Positions 1 through 8,593 of a stretch of DNA of 32,000 bases are shown here, piece by piece (position 1 is the stretch's first letter; every line of letters begins with the position of its first letter). The translations under genes and the position numbers were made by a program. Location of the stretch: NCBI GenBank assembly GCA_964551375.1, contig CAZKBG010000001.1:570001-602000 (forward strand). The letters are read 5' to 3'. Source of the stretch: an uncultured archaeon. Lineage in GTDB: Archaea > Iainarchaeota > Iainarchaeia > Iainarchaeales > JAAZKV01. The notes beneath the pieces are model-generated. The model worked only from the letters and a program-made list of their open reading frames with translations. It did not search any database and was not told the DNA's origin.

Positions 1-198
1 AAATAAATTCAAAATCATAGCCAACTAACGAATAAACCAAAATAATTCTGCCTCACAAAATCAATAACTTAGACACTTGGCTAATAATTTAATAATTCCA
101 CCTTTAAATTTAAATAAAAATTAAAAAAATAAAAATAACCCTCATAAATATTCTAACAAATAAATCAAAAATTTCGTTTGATGTTAAAAAAAATAGAA

Positions 199-230
199 AA
201 AGAAAAAGGGAATTGCTTCCCTTTTTCTTT
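199..230 (-). terminator. Hairpin plus T-run downstream of the S-layer gene
   Basis: Perfect 12-bp inverted repeat aaagaaaaaggg (199-210) / ccctttttcttt (219-230) with an 8-nt loop; on the minus strand it is followed by TCTATTTTTTTTAAC. It begins about 10 nt after the stop codon of the S-layer ORF. Confidence 0.65.
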
Positions 231-240
231 ACTTCAATAT

Positions 241-2832
241 TTACTGTAGAGTATCTAAAGCTGCGATTAATGCTTGTGCAGCTGTAGCTGTGTCGTCTGC
301 AGTCCATCCTGCTACAACTATGCTACCGTCTTCTAGAACAGCTGATACGTAGTCTCCGCCAGCAGTTAGTCTGCTTTCAAGAGTTTCTCCGCCAACCATC
401 ATTGACTTTGATACTTTAGTGTTTGCCATCCATCCACCAACAAGGATTGATTTTCCGTATGATGATGTCTTGTCTGACTTAACTAAGTTAGCAACTGGTG
501 TTACAGTTACGCCTGAAGCTGTGCCTGCTGTTCCTGAGATAGAGTTAACTTTTACAGTTACTCCACCGTTAGTAACAAGGTCGCCTGCTTTAACGCCTGT
601 GTAGTCAGTTCCTGCGCCTGGTGTTGATACTAAATCAGCACCGCCCAAGTATACCTGTGCTTGTCTTCTTTCTTCTGGCAATACAACTGTGAATACGCTT
701 CCGTCTGAAGAGATTGAAGTTCCGTATTGAGTCATACCGCTTTCTAAGTAGTCTGATCCTCCTCTAATTGAGTCATTCCACTGTGAAGATGCAGCATCTT
801 TAGTTGGAGCAGATAAGTTAGTGCTGTTTGCTTCAACGTCAAGAACGTTTCCTGTTGCTGTGTTGATGTACATGTTTACATCCTTTGTTGCTAGTGATCC
901 AGTTACTCCTTCATTGAACTTGAATACTGCAACGTTGAATGATTTATCATTTGTATAGCCCAAAGTTGATGAGTGAGGCTCGTACCATGATCTATTTATA
1001 TCCCCAGTTTCAGTTTCGCCTGATGGAACAGCAGTACCCAAAAATGTCAGCTCAGTAGTGTAGTTAAGAGCTGTTTTGCTGTACAAGTCAAATGTTTGAT
1101 CTCCAGCCAATGCTAGGTAGTTGTCCTTCATCAAATTACCAACTGATACTGTTGTTGGATATCTGAACACATAATCTGTTTTGTCAACTATTCCGTTTCC
1201 GTAAGCGCCTAAATCTAAGCTTACTGTAGGGAATGTTGGAGCTAGAACAGGTGTGCCAGTAACTAACTTGCTTGTCCATGTTACTGTATTTGACCAATCT
1301 CCAGATGAGTTATTGTCAAATGATCCTAAAGCATATTGCAGAACAGAGTCTGTATTAACATCTGCCTTGTCAAAGAAATGGAATGTGTATGTTCTTCCAT
1401 TGATTGTTACTTTAGAATATGCATCTTCTGTCAACTGGTTTTCAACATAGAACGGTAGTTCGATTGTTGAACCCTTATAGTCCTTGTATGCTAACTTTCC
1501 CCCACCTAAAGTGTGAGTTGTAGTTGGCTTGTCTTCAAGTCCTACGAAGCTCAATTTAGCGAAGTTAGTTCCGATGTTAATTGATTCACCAACTTTTAAT
1601 GGTGCTTTAACAAGGTCTGAAGTTGATCCTGAAGTCTGATCGTATCTCCAGTTGTTATAGATTTTAATACTATTCAACTTATAGTTGCCTGCTGTGCCGT
1701 AATCAATATCAGCTTTCCAAGCAGCTTTGTTGTTTTCGCTACTGTTTGTTGAGTATGGGAATGCTTCGTTGTCTCTAATTTCAAGTCTTGTGTTACCTGT
1801 TCTTAGTGACACGTATGCTTTTCCTGCTGTTGTAGCACTTATACCAACGTATGTAACGTAAACAGTGTCAGCGAATTTGTCGCCGAATGCGCTCTTTAGG
1901 TCAGTATTGTTTGAAATATTGTCCTTTGAGTCAACAACAGTTGATCCGTCCTTTAGAACGAATGATGCTGTGTATGTTACGTTATCAGCAGTTTTTGTTA
2001 CATCAACAACTTCAAGAGTGTATGTCTTGTTTGCGTCTGTTGCTGAAGTTACAGTTACTGACTGTCCTTTATCAAGCTGAGTTGGAGTTGTCTTATCGTA
2101 CATTACCAACTTTGCGCCTGAGCTTTCGATTCTGTCAATTACGTATGTCTTTCCGAAGATTGGCACTGTGTAATCAACGTTAACGTTAGCATCTAGGTCA
2201 GTCATTGTTGCTGCCAAGATTGGGTATCCTGGGCTGATGTTAACTTGGTATGAAACTTTGTTAGTTGCATCCACTGAAGCTAACAGTTCGCCTGGAGCGA
2301 ATCTATTTGAGCCCTGGTCGTCTTGGTATATTACTTTAACATTTGCGTCAAGCTGTTCGCTTACGTATGTTGAAGTGCTTCCTTGAGCTAAATCCTTGTA
2401 AGCCCATGAAGTATTGTTAATTAATGATGGCATATCAGTTACTGTTGTAGCTAATTTTCTATCGTCTGGTGTTCCAGCGAAGTTATTCAAATCAGCCTTA
2501 TCAGTGTATCCTGATCCGCTTGTTACTACTGCTCCGCCAACAGTTAAGTCAACTGTCTTTTCTCCAACAGTTGTGCTTCCGCCAGCTGGTACTACTGCCA
2601 TTTGTGCAACTTTAGCAGCGATATTTCCTGCCCAAACTACATCTTCTGGCATTCCTATAGTTCCAACAACGATATCAACAACAGGTGATCCTGTAGCGTC
2701 TATCACGTTAGATTTCTGTAATGTGTCCAAGTTGGAAAAATTTGCAGCCATAACACCTGGTGCTAGTGCTGATCCAACTAATGCTGCTCCTAATCCGATT
2801 GCAGCTATTCTCTTAATACTTAGTCCTTTCAT
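241..2832 (-). CDS. Secreted S-layer protein (Methanococcus-type S-layer domains)
   Basis: Signal peptide MKGLSIKRIAAIGLGAALVGSALAPGVMAA followed by NVIDATGSPVVDIVVGTIGMPEDVVWAGNIAAKVAQ; C-terminal SILVGGWMANTKVSKSMMVGG resembles archaeal S-layer C-terminal domains. The start is moved from the ORF-track TTG (2859) to the ATG at 2832, preceded by GAGGTG. Confidence 0.85.
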   Translation of the reverse strand: MKGLSIKRIAAIGLGAALVGSALAPGVMAANFSNLDTLQKSNVIDATGSPVVDIVVGTIGMPEDVVWAGNIAAKVAQMAVVPAGGSTTVGEKTVDLTVGGAVVTSGSGYTDKADLNNFAGTPDDRKLATTVTDMPSLINNTSWAYKDLAQGSTSTYVSEQLDANVKVIYQDDQGSNRFAPGELLASVDATNKVSYQVNISPGYPILAATMTDLDANVNVDYTVPIFGKTYVIDRIESSGAKLVMYDKTTPTQLDKGQSVTVTSATDANKTYTLEVVDVTKTADNVTYTASFVLKDGSTVVDSKDNISNNTDLKSAFGDKFADTVYVTYVGISATTAGKAYVSLRTGNTRLEIRDNEAFPYSTNSSENNKAAWKADIDYGTAGNYKLNSIKIYNNWRYDQTSGSTSDLVKAPLKVGESINIGTNFAKLSFVGLEDKPTTTHTLGGGKLAYKDYKGSTIELPFYVENQLTEDAYSKVTINGRTYTFHFFDKADVNTDSVLQYALGSFDNNSSGDWSNTVTWTSKLVTGTPVLAPTFPTVSLDLGAYGNGIVDKTDYVFRYPTTVSVGNLMKDNYLALAGDQTFDLYSKTALNYTTELTFLGTAVPSGETETGDINRSWYEPHSSTLGYTNDKSFNVAVFKFNEGVTGSLATKDVNMYINTATGNVLDVEANSTNLSAPTKDAASSQWNDSIRGGSDYLESGMTQYGTSISSDGSVFTVVLPEERRQAQVYLGGADLVSTPGAGTDYTGVKAGDLVTNGGVTVKVNSISGTAGTASGVTVTPVANLVKSDKTSSYGKSILVGGWMANTKVSKSMMVGGETLESRLTAGGDYVSAVLEDGSIVVAGWTADDTATAAQALIAALDTLQ

Positions 2833-2940
2833 CCATTTCACCTCATTGACTAAAAACAATCCCCGTCGCTAACGCTCGTCCTATTAACAATATAGGCTAA
2901 ACCTAGCTACAAAGGCATTACGACTTAGTACTTCTTCGCC

Positions 2941-2950
2941 TTTTTAAAGG
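2941..2950 (-). promoter_or_regulatory. Candidate TATA box for the S-layer gene
   Basis: Minus strand reads GAACCTTTAAAAAGGC, about 110 nt upstream of the ATG at 2832, implying an 80-90 nt 5' leader. Confidence 0.35.
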
Positions 2951-3189
2951 TTCTTACTTATTACGCGTAGTGCCTTACGTCAGCAAGGGGGTTTAAGGGC
3001 AAAATTACGCCATAAAAGGAAGAAGACATCGTCAATTGCCATAAGCACTTGCTTTTTAGACAAAACAAAAAACTGACGAAAAAACACTCAAAAACGCAAT
3101 TAAATCAAGTATTTTCAAATTTAAAGCTATTTTAAAAAATAAAATCCGCTTAGGAAAAATAGTTCGTTATTTGTCGGAGACGAAAGAAA

Positions 3190-3825
3190 TTACTCGTAAA
3201 TTTCCTTGTTGAATTTATCCATTGATTCCTTGTCAAGATGCTTCATAGCAAACTGGGCATACTTTTGGAATAATTCTGTCAAAAATACTAACCCATCGCC
3301 GAATTCGGACTGTGAAAACTCAATCTTTGAAGGTTTCATAACCTCAATTGAGGAAGGAGCATAGTAGAAAAGGAACCCTATAAGAGCTGAAAAATCCTTA
3401 ACCGTAATTGTAAGCTCCATAAATGAAGAACACATCTCATCTTCTTCAACAATATCAGCAACGCTGATGCCGTAAACAGTAAAACTCTTCTCACTCGCCA
3501 AGGCTTCCTTTAATTTTTCAATATGTTTCTTTAACAAATTAGCTTCAACAGCTTTAAGCTCAATAATCGCCCTTACTTTTATCTTAAAAGAATCATCTTC
3601 GGCAATTTTTTTTCTTTTCTGAAGCTCGTTAATAATATCCTGCCTCAAACGATACCTTGTTGGATAGCCTTCTTTTGTAAGCAAGCCAAGCTTTAGCATT
3701 CCTTTAAGCTCAACAAGAAGCTTGTCATAAGATAAATTAAGCTGCTTTTGAAGCTCTTCTTCAGTTTTTGGCTCTGAAAGCAGTAGAAGAGCAATCTTCT
3801 TCTGATCGTCTGAAAACTTTGACAC
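3190..3825 (-). CDS. Predicted winged-helix-type transcriptional regulator
   Basis: N-terminus KKIALLLLSEPKTEEELQKQLNLSYDKLLVELKGMLKLGLLTKEGYPTRYRL has a winged-HTH pattern; C-terminal domain not recognised. Confidence 0.5.
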   Translation of the reverse strand: MSKFSDDQKKIALLLLSEPKTEEELQKQLNLSYDKLLVELKGMLKLGLLTKEGYPTRYRLRQDIINELQKRKKIAEDDSFKIKVRAIIELKAVEANLLKKHIEKLKEALASEKSFTVYGISVADIVEEDEMCSSFMELTITVKDFSALIGFLFYYAPSSIEVMKPSKIEFSQSEFGDGLVFLTELFQKYAQFAMKHLDKESMDKFNKEIYE

Positions 3826-3978
3826 TAAAAATTCACCTTTAATAAATAACTCCTTACTTTTGTCTTTAAAAAAGTAATCACTGAACTAAAAAAGACTAAA
3901 AACCAAAAAAAGAAGAGAAATAGCGCAAAAATGCGGCTAATGGGAAGGGTTTAATAATAATAAAACGCAAATATCTAC

Positions 3979-4305
3979 ATGAGCATTATTCTTCTTGATG
4001 CATTCGCTGAATTTGCAAAAGGACTTAGCTTTTCCTTTCCTGCAGAGCAAGCCGCAAATGTCGCAATGGCGATGAACCCAAGCGTATTAATTGCAGGAAT
4101 TATATTAATCATTGTATCAATAATAATATTTTTTGTTCTAAAAAAAATGATAGAACACGCAATACTTGGCGCAATCTCATGGGCAATAGCAATTTTTGTT
4201 TTTAACATCCAGCTTCCGTTAATTCCAAGCCTTGTGATTTCAATAGTAATGGGGCCAGCGGGACTTGGAGCAATGCTCTTAATGAAATTCATGGGATTAT
4301 TCTAA
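3979..4305 (+). CDS. Small membrane protein, BofA (pro-sigmaK processing inhibitor) family-like
   Basis: Two hydrophobic segments and a C-terminal AILGAISWAIAIFVFNIQLPLIPSLVISIVMGPAGLGAMLLM pattern typical of BofA-like proteins. ATG start; the antisense ORF 3975..4292 is judged spurious. Confidence 0.5.
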   Translation: MSIILLDAFAEFAKGLSFSFPAEQAANVAMAMNPSVLIAGIILIIVSIIIFFVLKKMIEHAILGAISWAIAIFVFNIQLPLIPSLVISIVMGPAGLGAMLLMKFMGLF

Positions 4306-4322
4306 TCAGGCTGATTATTAGT

Positions 4323-5543
4323 TCAATTATTAATCAAATTTTGAAGCGAAGCGCTTGATTGGGTTAAATCATTTAAAAAACCAGAATAACTATTCCAAGA
4401 TCCGTCTCTAAAAAGGAAAAAATCCCCGTCAGTAATAATAGTATCAATATAAGATGCATGAGTTCTTGAAGAGTCGGTCAAAAATATCCCAGAACCCTGC
4501 CCAACTAACCCTAAATACATTCCATTCTGCGGCTCGATAAGCTCCGCGCTTTTAATTGCATCAATATCGCTTATTGATTTTATTTCTTTATTTGCAAATG
4601 CAATAACGCAGTGCCCCCCAATCTCGCCGGATTGAAGATCAAACATTGCCCCGCACACAATTACTGGATAAATGTTTTGCTTTTGAAGATTTTTCCCCGA
4701 AGCATCAGGCAAATACCATGTTCCTGAAGAAGTAACATCAAATTTATCCAAAGGGCTCTCAACCCAAGCTGATAAAGAAAGACTGTTTGCTCCGCACTTC
4801 TTTATCAGCGAATTATATTCCGCTTTATAAAACAGGGAAAAATCCTCGCAATCCCCTTTTCGATTTGTGTAAAATGCATCAAGCGACTGGAGCTTATCCA
4901 CAGCTTTTGAAGTAACTGAATCAGCAGCGTAAGCAAAACTCAAAAGCTTGTTATTAACAAAATAAAAACACCCTAAATTTATTCTGCACTCATTTCCAAC
5001 GATTTTATAACACTCTGAATTCAAATAATTAAGAACATTGCTTTGATTTGAAGAAAGCTCTGCGTTATCATTAAACCAATCCATTGAACTCTGAATTTCT
5101 TTCTTATAAGAATCAACTTTAGACAGAGTAATTTGCGCCTCTGATTTTAAAGTTTCATAAGAAGAAGAAATGCTCGCATTTTTTGACTCCAAATCCGAAT
5201 ACTTCCTGCTCAAATCAACATACATTGATTCCATCTTTGCATTTTGAAGAGTCAAATCCGCAATATCTGAATTCAGCGCCTCAATTCTTAACTCTGATTT
5301 TGAAACAAAATTAATATGGTCCTCTTTTGCGAGATTTAACTCATTTTGAATAAGAGAAATCTGGCCAAACTGGATAATTACTGCAAAAGCTAAAACAGCA
5401 ATAAAGAAAATAAAAACCCCAAAAATCAAAGGATACAGCCAGGGAAAATTCTTTGGCTTTTCTGATTTTATTAACCCGCCAGAATTAACAGAAACAGCTG
5501 ACGCACGAACTAAATGCCCTTTATGTTTTCGCTTAATTGGCAC
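4323..5543 (-). CDS. Membrane-anchored coiled-coil protein with C-terminal transglutaminase-like domain
   Basis: N-terminal TM segment (WLYPLIFGVFIFFIAVLAFAVII), long heptad-rich region, then NRKGDCEDFSLFYKAEY (Cys-containing transglutaminase-like motif) and GGHCVIAF (candidate His). Confidence 0.55.
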   Translation of the reverse strand: MPIKRKHKGHLVRASAVSVNSGGLIKSEKPKNFPWLYPLIFGVFIFFIAVLAFAVIIQFGQISLIQNELNLAKEDHINFVSKSELRIEALNSDIADLTLQNAKMESMYVDLSRKYSDLESKNASISSSYETLKSEAQITLSKVDSYKKEIQSSMDWFNDNAELSSNQSNVLNYLNSECYKIVGNECRINLGCFYFVNNKLLSFAYAADSVTSKAVDKLQSLDAFYTNRKGDCEDFSLFYKAEYNSLIKKCGANSLSLSAWVESPLDKFDVTSSGTWYLPDASGKNLQKQNIYPVIVCGAMFDLQSGEIGGHCVIAFANKEIKSISDIDAIKSAELIEPQNGMYLGLVGQGSGIFLTDSSRTHASYIDTIITDGDFFLFRDGSWNSYSGFLNDLTQSSASLQNLINN

Positions 5544-5604
5544 AAAATCACTAGAAAAATAAACGCCAAAACTTAATAAAACCCTTTGGAATCAAAAACA
5601 ATAC

Positions 5605-6213
5605 ATGGAAGTAAATGAAAGCACTAAGCTTGAAGCTGTTAGAGAAGAATTGTTAAATCACGCAAAGAAACACCCCCTTCACAAAAATGTGATTGACACA
5701 AACGGGCACATTGTTTTTGGAAGAGGAAGCGAAAATGCAAAAATACTATTTGTCGGAGAAGCCCCTGGATTCAGTGAGAACGAAAACGGAAAGCCGTTTG
5801 TCGGAAGAAGCGGAAAACTGCTTGAAGAATGGGTGAAAGAACTCGGGCTCACCAGCGAAGATTACGCTGTAATTAATGTTGTTCCAATAATTCCATTAAG
5901 CGAAGAAAAGAAAATACGCCCGCCCACTCCCGAAGAAATTAATTACTTCCTTCCGGTTACTATGAAAATGGTTAACGCAATCAACCCCGAGGTAATTGTG
6001 CTCCTTGGAAAAAGCGCAGCAAGGGGATTTGGAAAAGAAAGCATGCGAGTCGGAGAAACTATTATTTATGAAGGCAAAAAAATGTTCTTCATTTACCACC
6101 CCGCATATTATTTACGAAACGGCAGAAAAGGACTTGAAGATTTGGCAAATCTAAAAAAGCTTTTGAATGAGAAAAAGGAAATAAAAAAACAAACAAGTCT
6201 TCAAAGCTTCTAA
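5605..6213 (+). CDS. Uracil-DNA glycosylase, family 4-like, lacking Fe-S cysteines
   Basis: ILFVGEAPGFSENENGKPFVGRSGKLLEEW and HPAYYLRN motifs of the UDG superfamily; PTPEEI segment retained. No cysteine in the whole protein. Confidence 0.8.
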   Translation: MEVNESTKLEAVREELLNHAKKHPLHKNVIDTNGHIVFGRGSENAKILFVGEAPGFSENENGKPFVGRSGKLLEEWVKELGLTSEDYAVINVVPIIPLSEEKKIRPPTPEEINYFLPVTMKMVNAINPEVIVLLGKSAARGFGKESMRVGETIIYEGKKMFFIYHPAYYLRNGRKGLEDLANLKKLLNEKKEIKKQTSLQSF

Positions 6214-6235
6214 TTTAATAGGACTGATTGAAGCA

Positions 6236-7021
6236 TTACCTTACATAGCTTAAATTATCTGCCTTTGGCTCATCTTCAATAGGGTGCTCAAGGCCTGATG
6301 TAAGTTCTTTGAAAGTCTTTTCAATCTGCTTAGCTTCTTTTTCAATGCTCTTCATCTTAACAGTGAAGTTAAATCTTTTTGAAATAAGCTCAACAACCTG
6401 CTTTGCGCTTCCATGATCCCCGTAAACTAACTGAGGATTTGTTTCGCCCATCAAGCAAGCGCCTTTAATATTATGAAGCCTTCCAATGCCCACTAATAAT
6501 CCAGCAGCGCCAGAAATCAATCCTTCTTTCTTATCCTCTTTTGCTCCAACCTTCTTCCACATCTCAACAACGCTTTCTTCAGTGCCCGCCACAATAACTT
6601 CAGGCTTTTTATTCAACCTGTTGTCGCCGACATTAATTCCCGCAAGAGTAATTATTTCAATAACGCCAATGCTCTTAAAATAATTTACAAGAGTTTCTGA
6701 AAATTCATAATGCTCATGAGAAGAGCCGACCTTAAAATCAAGAGTGGGCTGAACAGGACCTGCTAAGAAAAGAAAATCCTTCCCTTTCACATTAAAGTGA
6801 AACAAATCATCCTTAATCAAAAAAACTTTTGAATCTTTAGTGTGAACGCTTGGAGGGAATGAATCCGATAAAATCTCCGCAACTTTCTCAGTCTTAAACT
6901 GCTTCAATAAATAATCAACAGCAATCTTGCCAACTAAGCCGATGCCCGGCAGTCCCACTATAAGAACCGCGTCTTTTAAGGCAACCTTTTTTGTAACAAG
7001 AATTCGCGTAGGCATAAGCAA
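6236..7021 (-). CDS. PAC2 family / proteasome assembly chaperone-like protein
   Basis: AVLIVGLPGIGLVGKIAVDYLLKQ ... ELAGINVGDNR-like ...ISGAAGLLVGIGRLHNIKGACLMGET pattern typical of archaeal PAC2 proteins. Confidence 0.8.
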   Translation of the reverse strand: MLMPTRILVTKKVALKDAVLIVGLPGIGLVGKIAVDYLLKQFKTEKVAEILSDSFPPSVHTKDSKVFLIKDDLFHFNVKGKDFLFLAGPVQPTLDFKVGSSHEHYEFSETLVNYFKSIGVIEIITLAGINVGDNRLNKKPEVIVAGTEESVVEMWKKVGAKEDKKEGLISGAAGLLVGIGRLHNIKGACLMGETNPQLVYGDHGSAKQVVELISKRFNFTVKMKSIEKEAKQIEKTFKELTSGLEHPIEDEPKADNLSYVR

Positions 7022-7115
7022 TTACAAGAAAGAAAAGGAATAAAAACGTGCCTTAGATGCGGGCAAAAAATACTTTAATATAAACCCCAAAAAGCGGGCA
7101 TAAAAATCAGGGAAA

Positions 7116-7886
7116 CTACTTCTTTTCATCTCTTTTGAATTCAAATGAAACGCCGAGTTTCTTTGCCTTCTTTTCAGCATTCTCAATCGCAGCAGTCAAA
7201 GTTTTGTCAGCATCCTTAAAAGTCAGTCCCGCGCAGGCAACATTAAAACTTCCGCCCCCCGCGTAATTAATTGTGCAGCCCTTAAAGCCCTCGGTCTCTG
7301 ATAATACTTCCTTAATTGAATTAAGCCCGTTTGATTTTGCTGATAAGAGCTTAAGCTTTCCAGTAATTTCCTTTTTTGAAACAACAATGTTTTTATCAAC
7401 CAAATCCTTAACAGGAGCAACCCAAGCTTTTGCAAGAACATTGGAAGGATCATATCCGAGAGCGATTTTTTCAAAAGCCTCATACAAAGAACCGTGCTCT
7501 AAATTCAGCGGCTCCGCAACTTCAGCCCACACAACGCTGAATTCTTTTCCAGTAGTTTTTGATAAAATTTCAATTAACTTCTCTTCCCTGTTAATCTGCT
7601 TGAACTGTGTAAGAACCTGTCTCTCCCTCATCGGATTAATACCCGCAAATGCCAAATCCACCTGCTTTTTTTCCTTATCAACATTAAGAACTTTTGCCGC
7701 CCTTACTTGGTTCATTTTAACAAAATTTCTGATGTTTTTTACCCAAGAACTTGAAACATTACTTATGTGAACAAAGCCTCTGACCTGCTTGTACTCTAAT
7801 AATTCAACAAAAACCCCATAATCCAGAATCTGGTTAACTTTAACTACCACAAAATCATCGCGGTTAGGAAAATCCACTTCACTCAC
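7116..7886 (-). CDS. Translation initiation factor aIF2 subunit alpha
   Basis: N-terminal S1 domain (VVVKVNQILDYGVFVELLEYKQVRGFVHISNVSSSWVKNIRNFVKMNQ), central helical domain and C-terminal eIF2-alpha domain. Confidence 0.9.
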   Translation of the reverse strand: MSEVDFPNRDDFVVVKVNQILDYGVFVELLEYKQVRGFVHISNVSSSWVKNIRNFVKMNQVRAAKVLNVDKEKKQVDLAFAGINPMRERQVLTQFKQINREEKLIEILSKTTGKEFSVVWAEVAEPLNLEHGSLYEAFEKIALGYDPSNVLAKAWVAPVKDLVDKNIVVSKKEITGKLKLLSAKSNGLNSIKEVLSETEGFKGCTINYAGGGSFNVACAGLTFKDADKTLTAAIENAEKKAKKLGVSFEFKRDEKK

Positions 7887-7947
7887 AAAAATAACTCTAA
7901 AGAATCAGCTTAAAAACTTGCCAGAAAGGGGGTAAAAAATGAAAAAA

Positions 7948-8484
7948 TCACTTTTCTTCAGCGATTTTTCGGGTAACAAAAAGCCTTGCAACCTTAGTTG
8001 GAAGCTCCACGCTCTGCCCTTCAGAAAAGGGACCGTATTCCTTCATATCAGTCCCCACAAAAGTCGGAACATCTTTTAGAATCTTAACCATCACAAGCTG
8101 GGATTCTTTCTTCTCTTTCTCGCCGAAGAAAGACTGATGAATATCATAATGCTCTTCAAGAATTCTTAATAATTTTCTAAAAACATCCTTTTCCTGATGA
8201 GCCATCTTCTCATCGCTGACTTCTTTAGTGTGAACAGTAATAAGGGCTTTATTTAGAATTTTTTTCTCCCTCATTAAGAAGATTTCCTCAATCACGCGCT
8301 TTAAATTAGTAAACTCGCGGGCATTTGAAGCAGAAAAATCCTTCAAAGAAGCAAGGTACTTCTTTTTCTCTTCCTCGACAAAAGCGCTCAAAGAATCAAT
8401 AAAATCGTCGTCAACCTCGACCAACTTAGAAGTATTCTTTTCAAGCCTGTGAATTCTGCGAAGCTCATCATAATCAATTCGCAT
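7948..8484 (-). CDS. Archaeal GINS complex subunit (Gins51/15 type)
   Basis: MRIDYDELRRIHRLEKNTSKLVEVDDDFIDSLSAFVEEEKKKY, C-terminal B-domain-like VMVKILKDVPTFVGTDMKEYGPFSEGQSVELPTKVARLFV. Start moved to the internal ATG at 8484 because the ORF-track N-terminus is unrelated hydrophobic sequence. Located between aIF2-alpha and primase genes. Confidence 0.75.
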   Translation of the reverse strand: MRIDYDELRRIHRLEKNTSKLVEVDDDFIDSLSAFVEEEKKKYLASLKDFSASNAREFTNLKRVIEEIFLMREKKILNKALITVHTKEVSDEKMAHQEKDVFRKLLRILEEHYDIHQSFFGEKEKKESQLVMVKILKDVPTFVGTDMKEYGPFSEGQSVELPTKVARLFVTRKIAEEK

Positions 8485-8593
8485 CTTACCCCTTTCCCCA
8501 AGAAAAAGGACAACAAAACTAATTAAAAAGCAATCCAAAGAGAGAAAGTTGTTTTTTAAAGATAAAACAGCAGAACACAAAACTAAACTGACT

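Noticed and set aside
1253-1450. Antisense ORFs inside the S-layer gene (419..604, 1253..1450, 1865..2080, 1887..2183, 2414..2872)
   Set aside because: Shadow ORFs with low-complexity or implausible composition opposite a strongly supported coding frame.
3975-4292. 105-aa minus-strand ORF opposite the BofA-like gene
   Set aside because: The plus-strand frame has coherent TM topology and family-like C-terminus; the minus frame appears to be its reverse-complement shadow.
4333-4360. aagcg/cgctt element near 4340 and AAGCGCTT at 10821-10828 as a dispersed repeat family
   Set aside because: Only an 8-nt palindromic core is shared, flanks differ and just two copies were noticed; not enough to support a repeat family.
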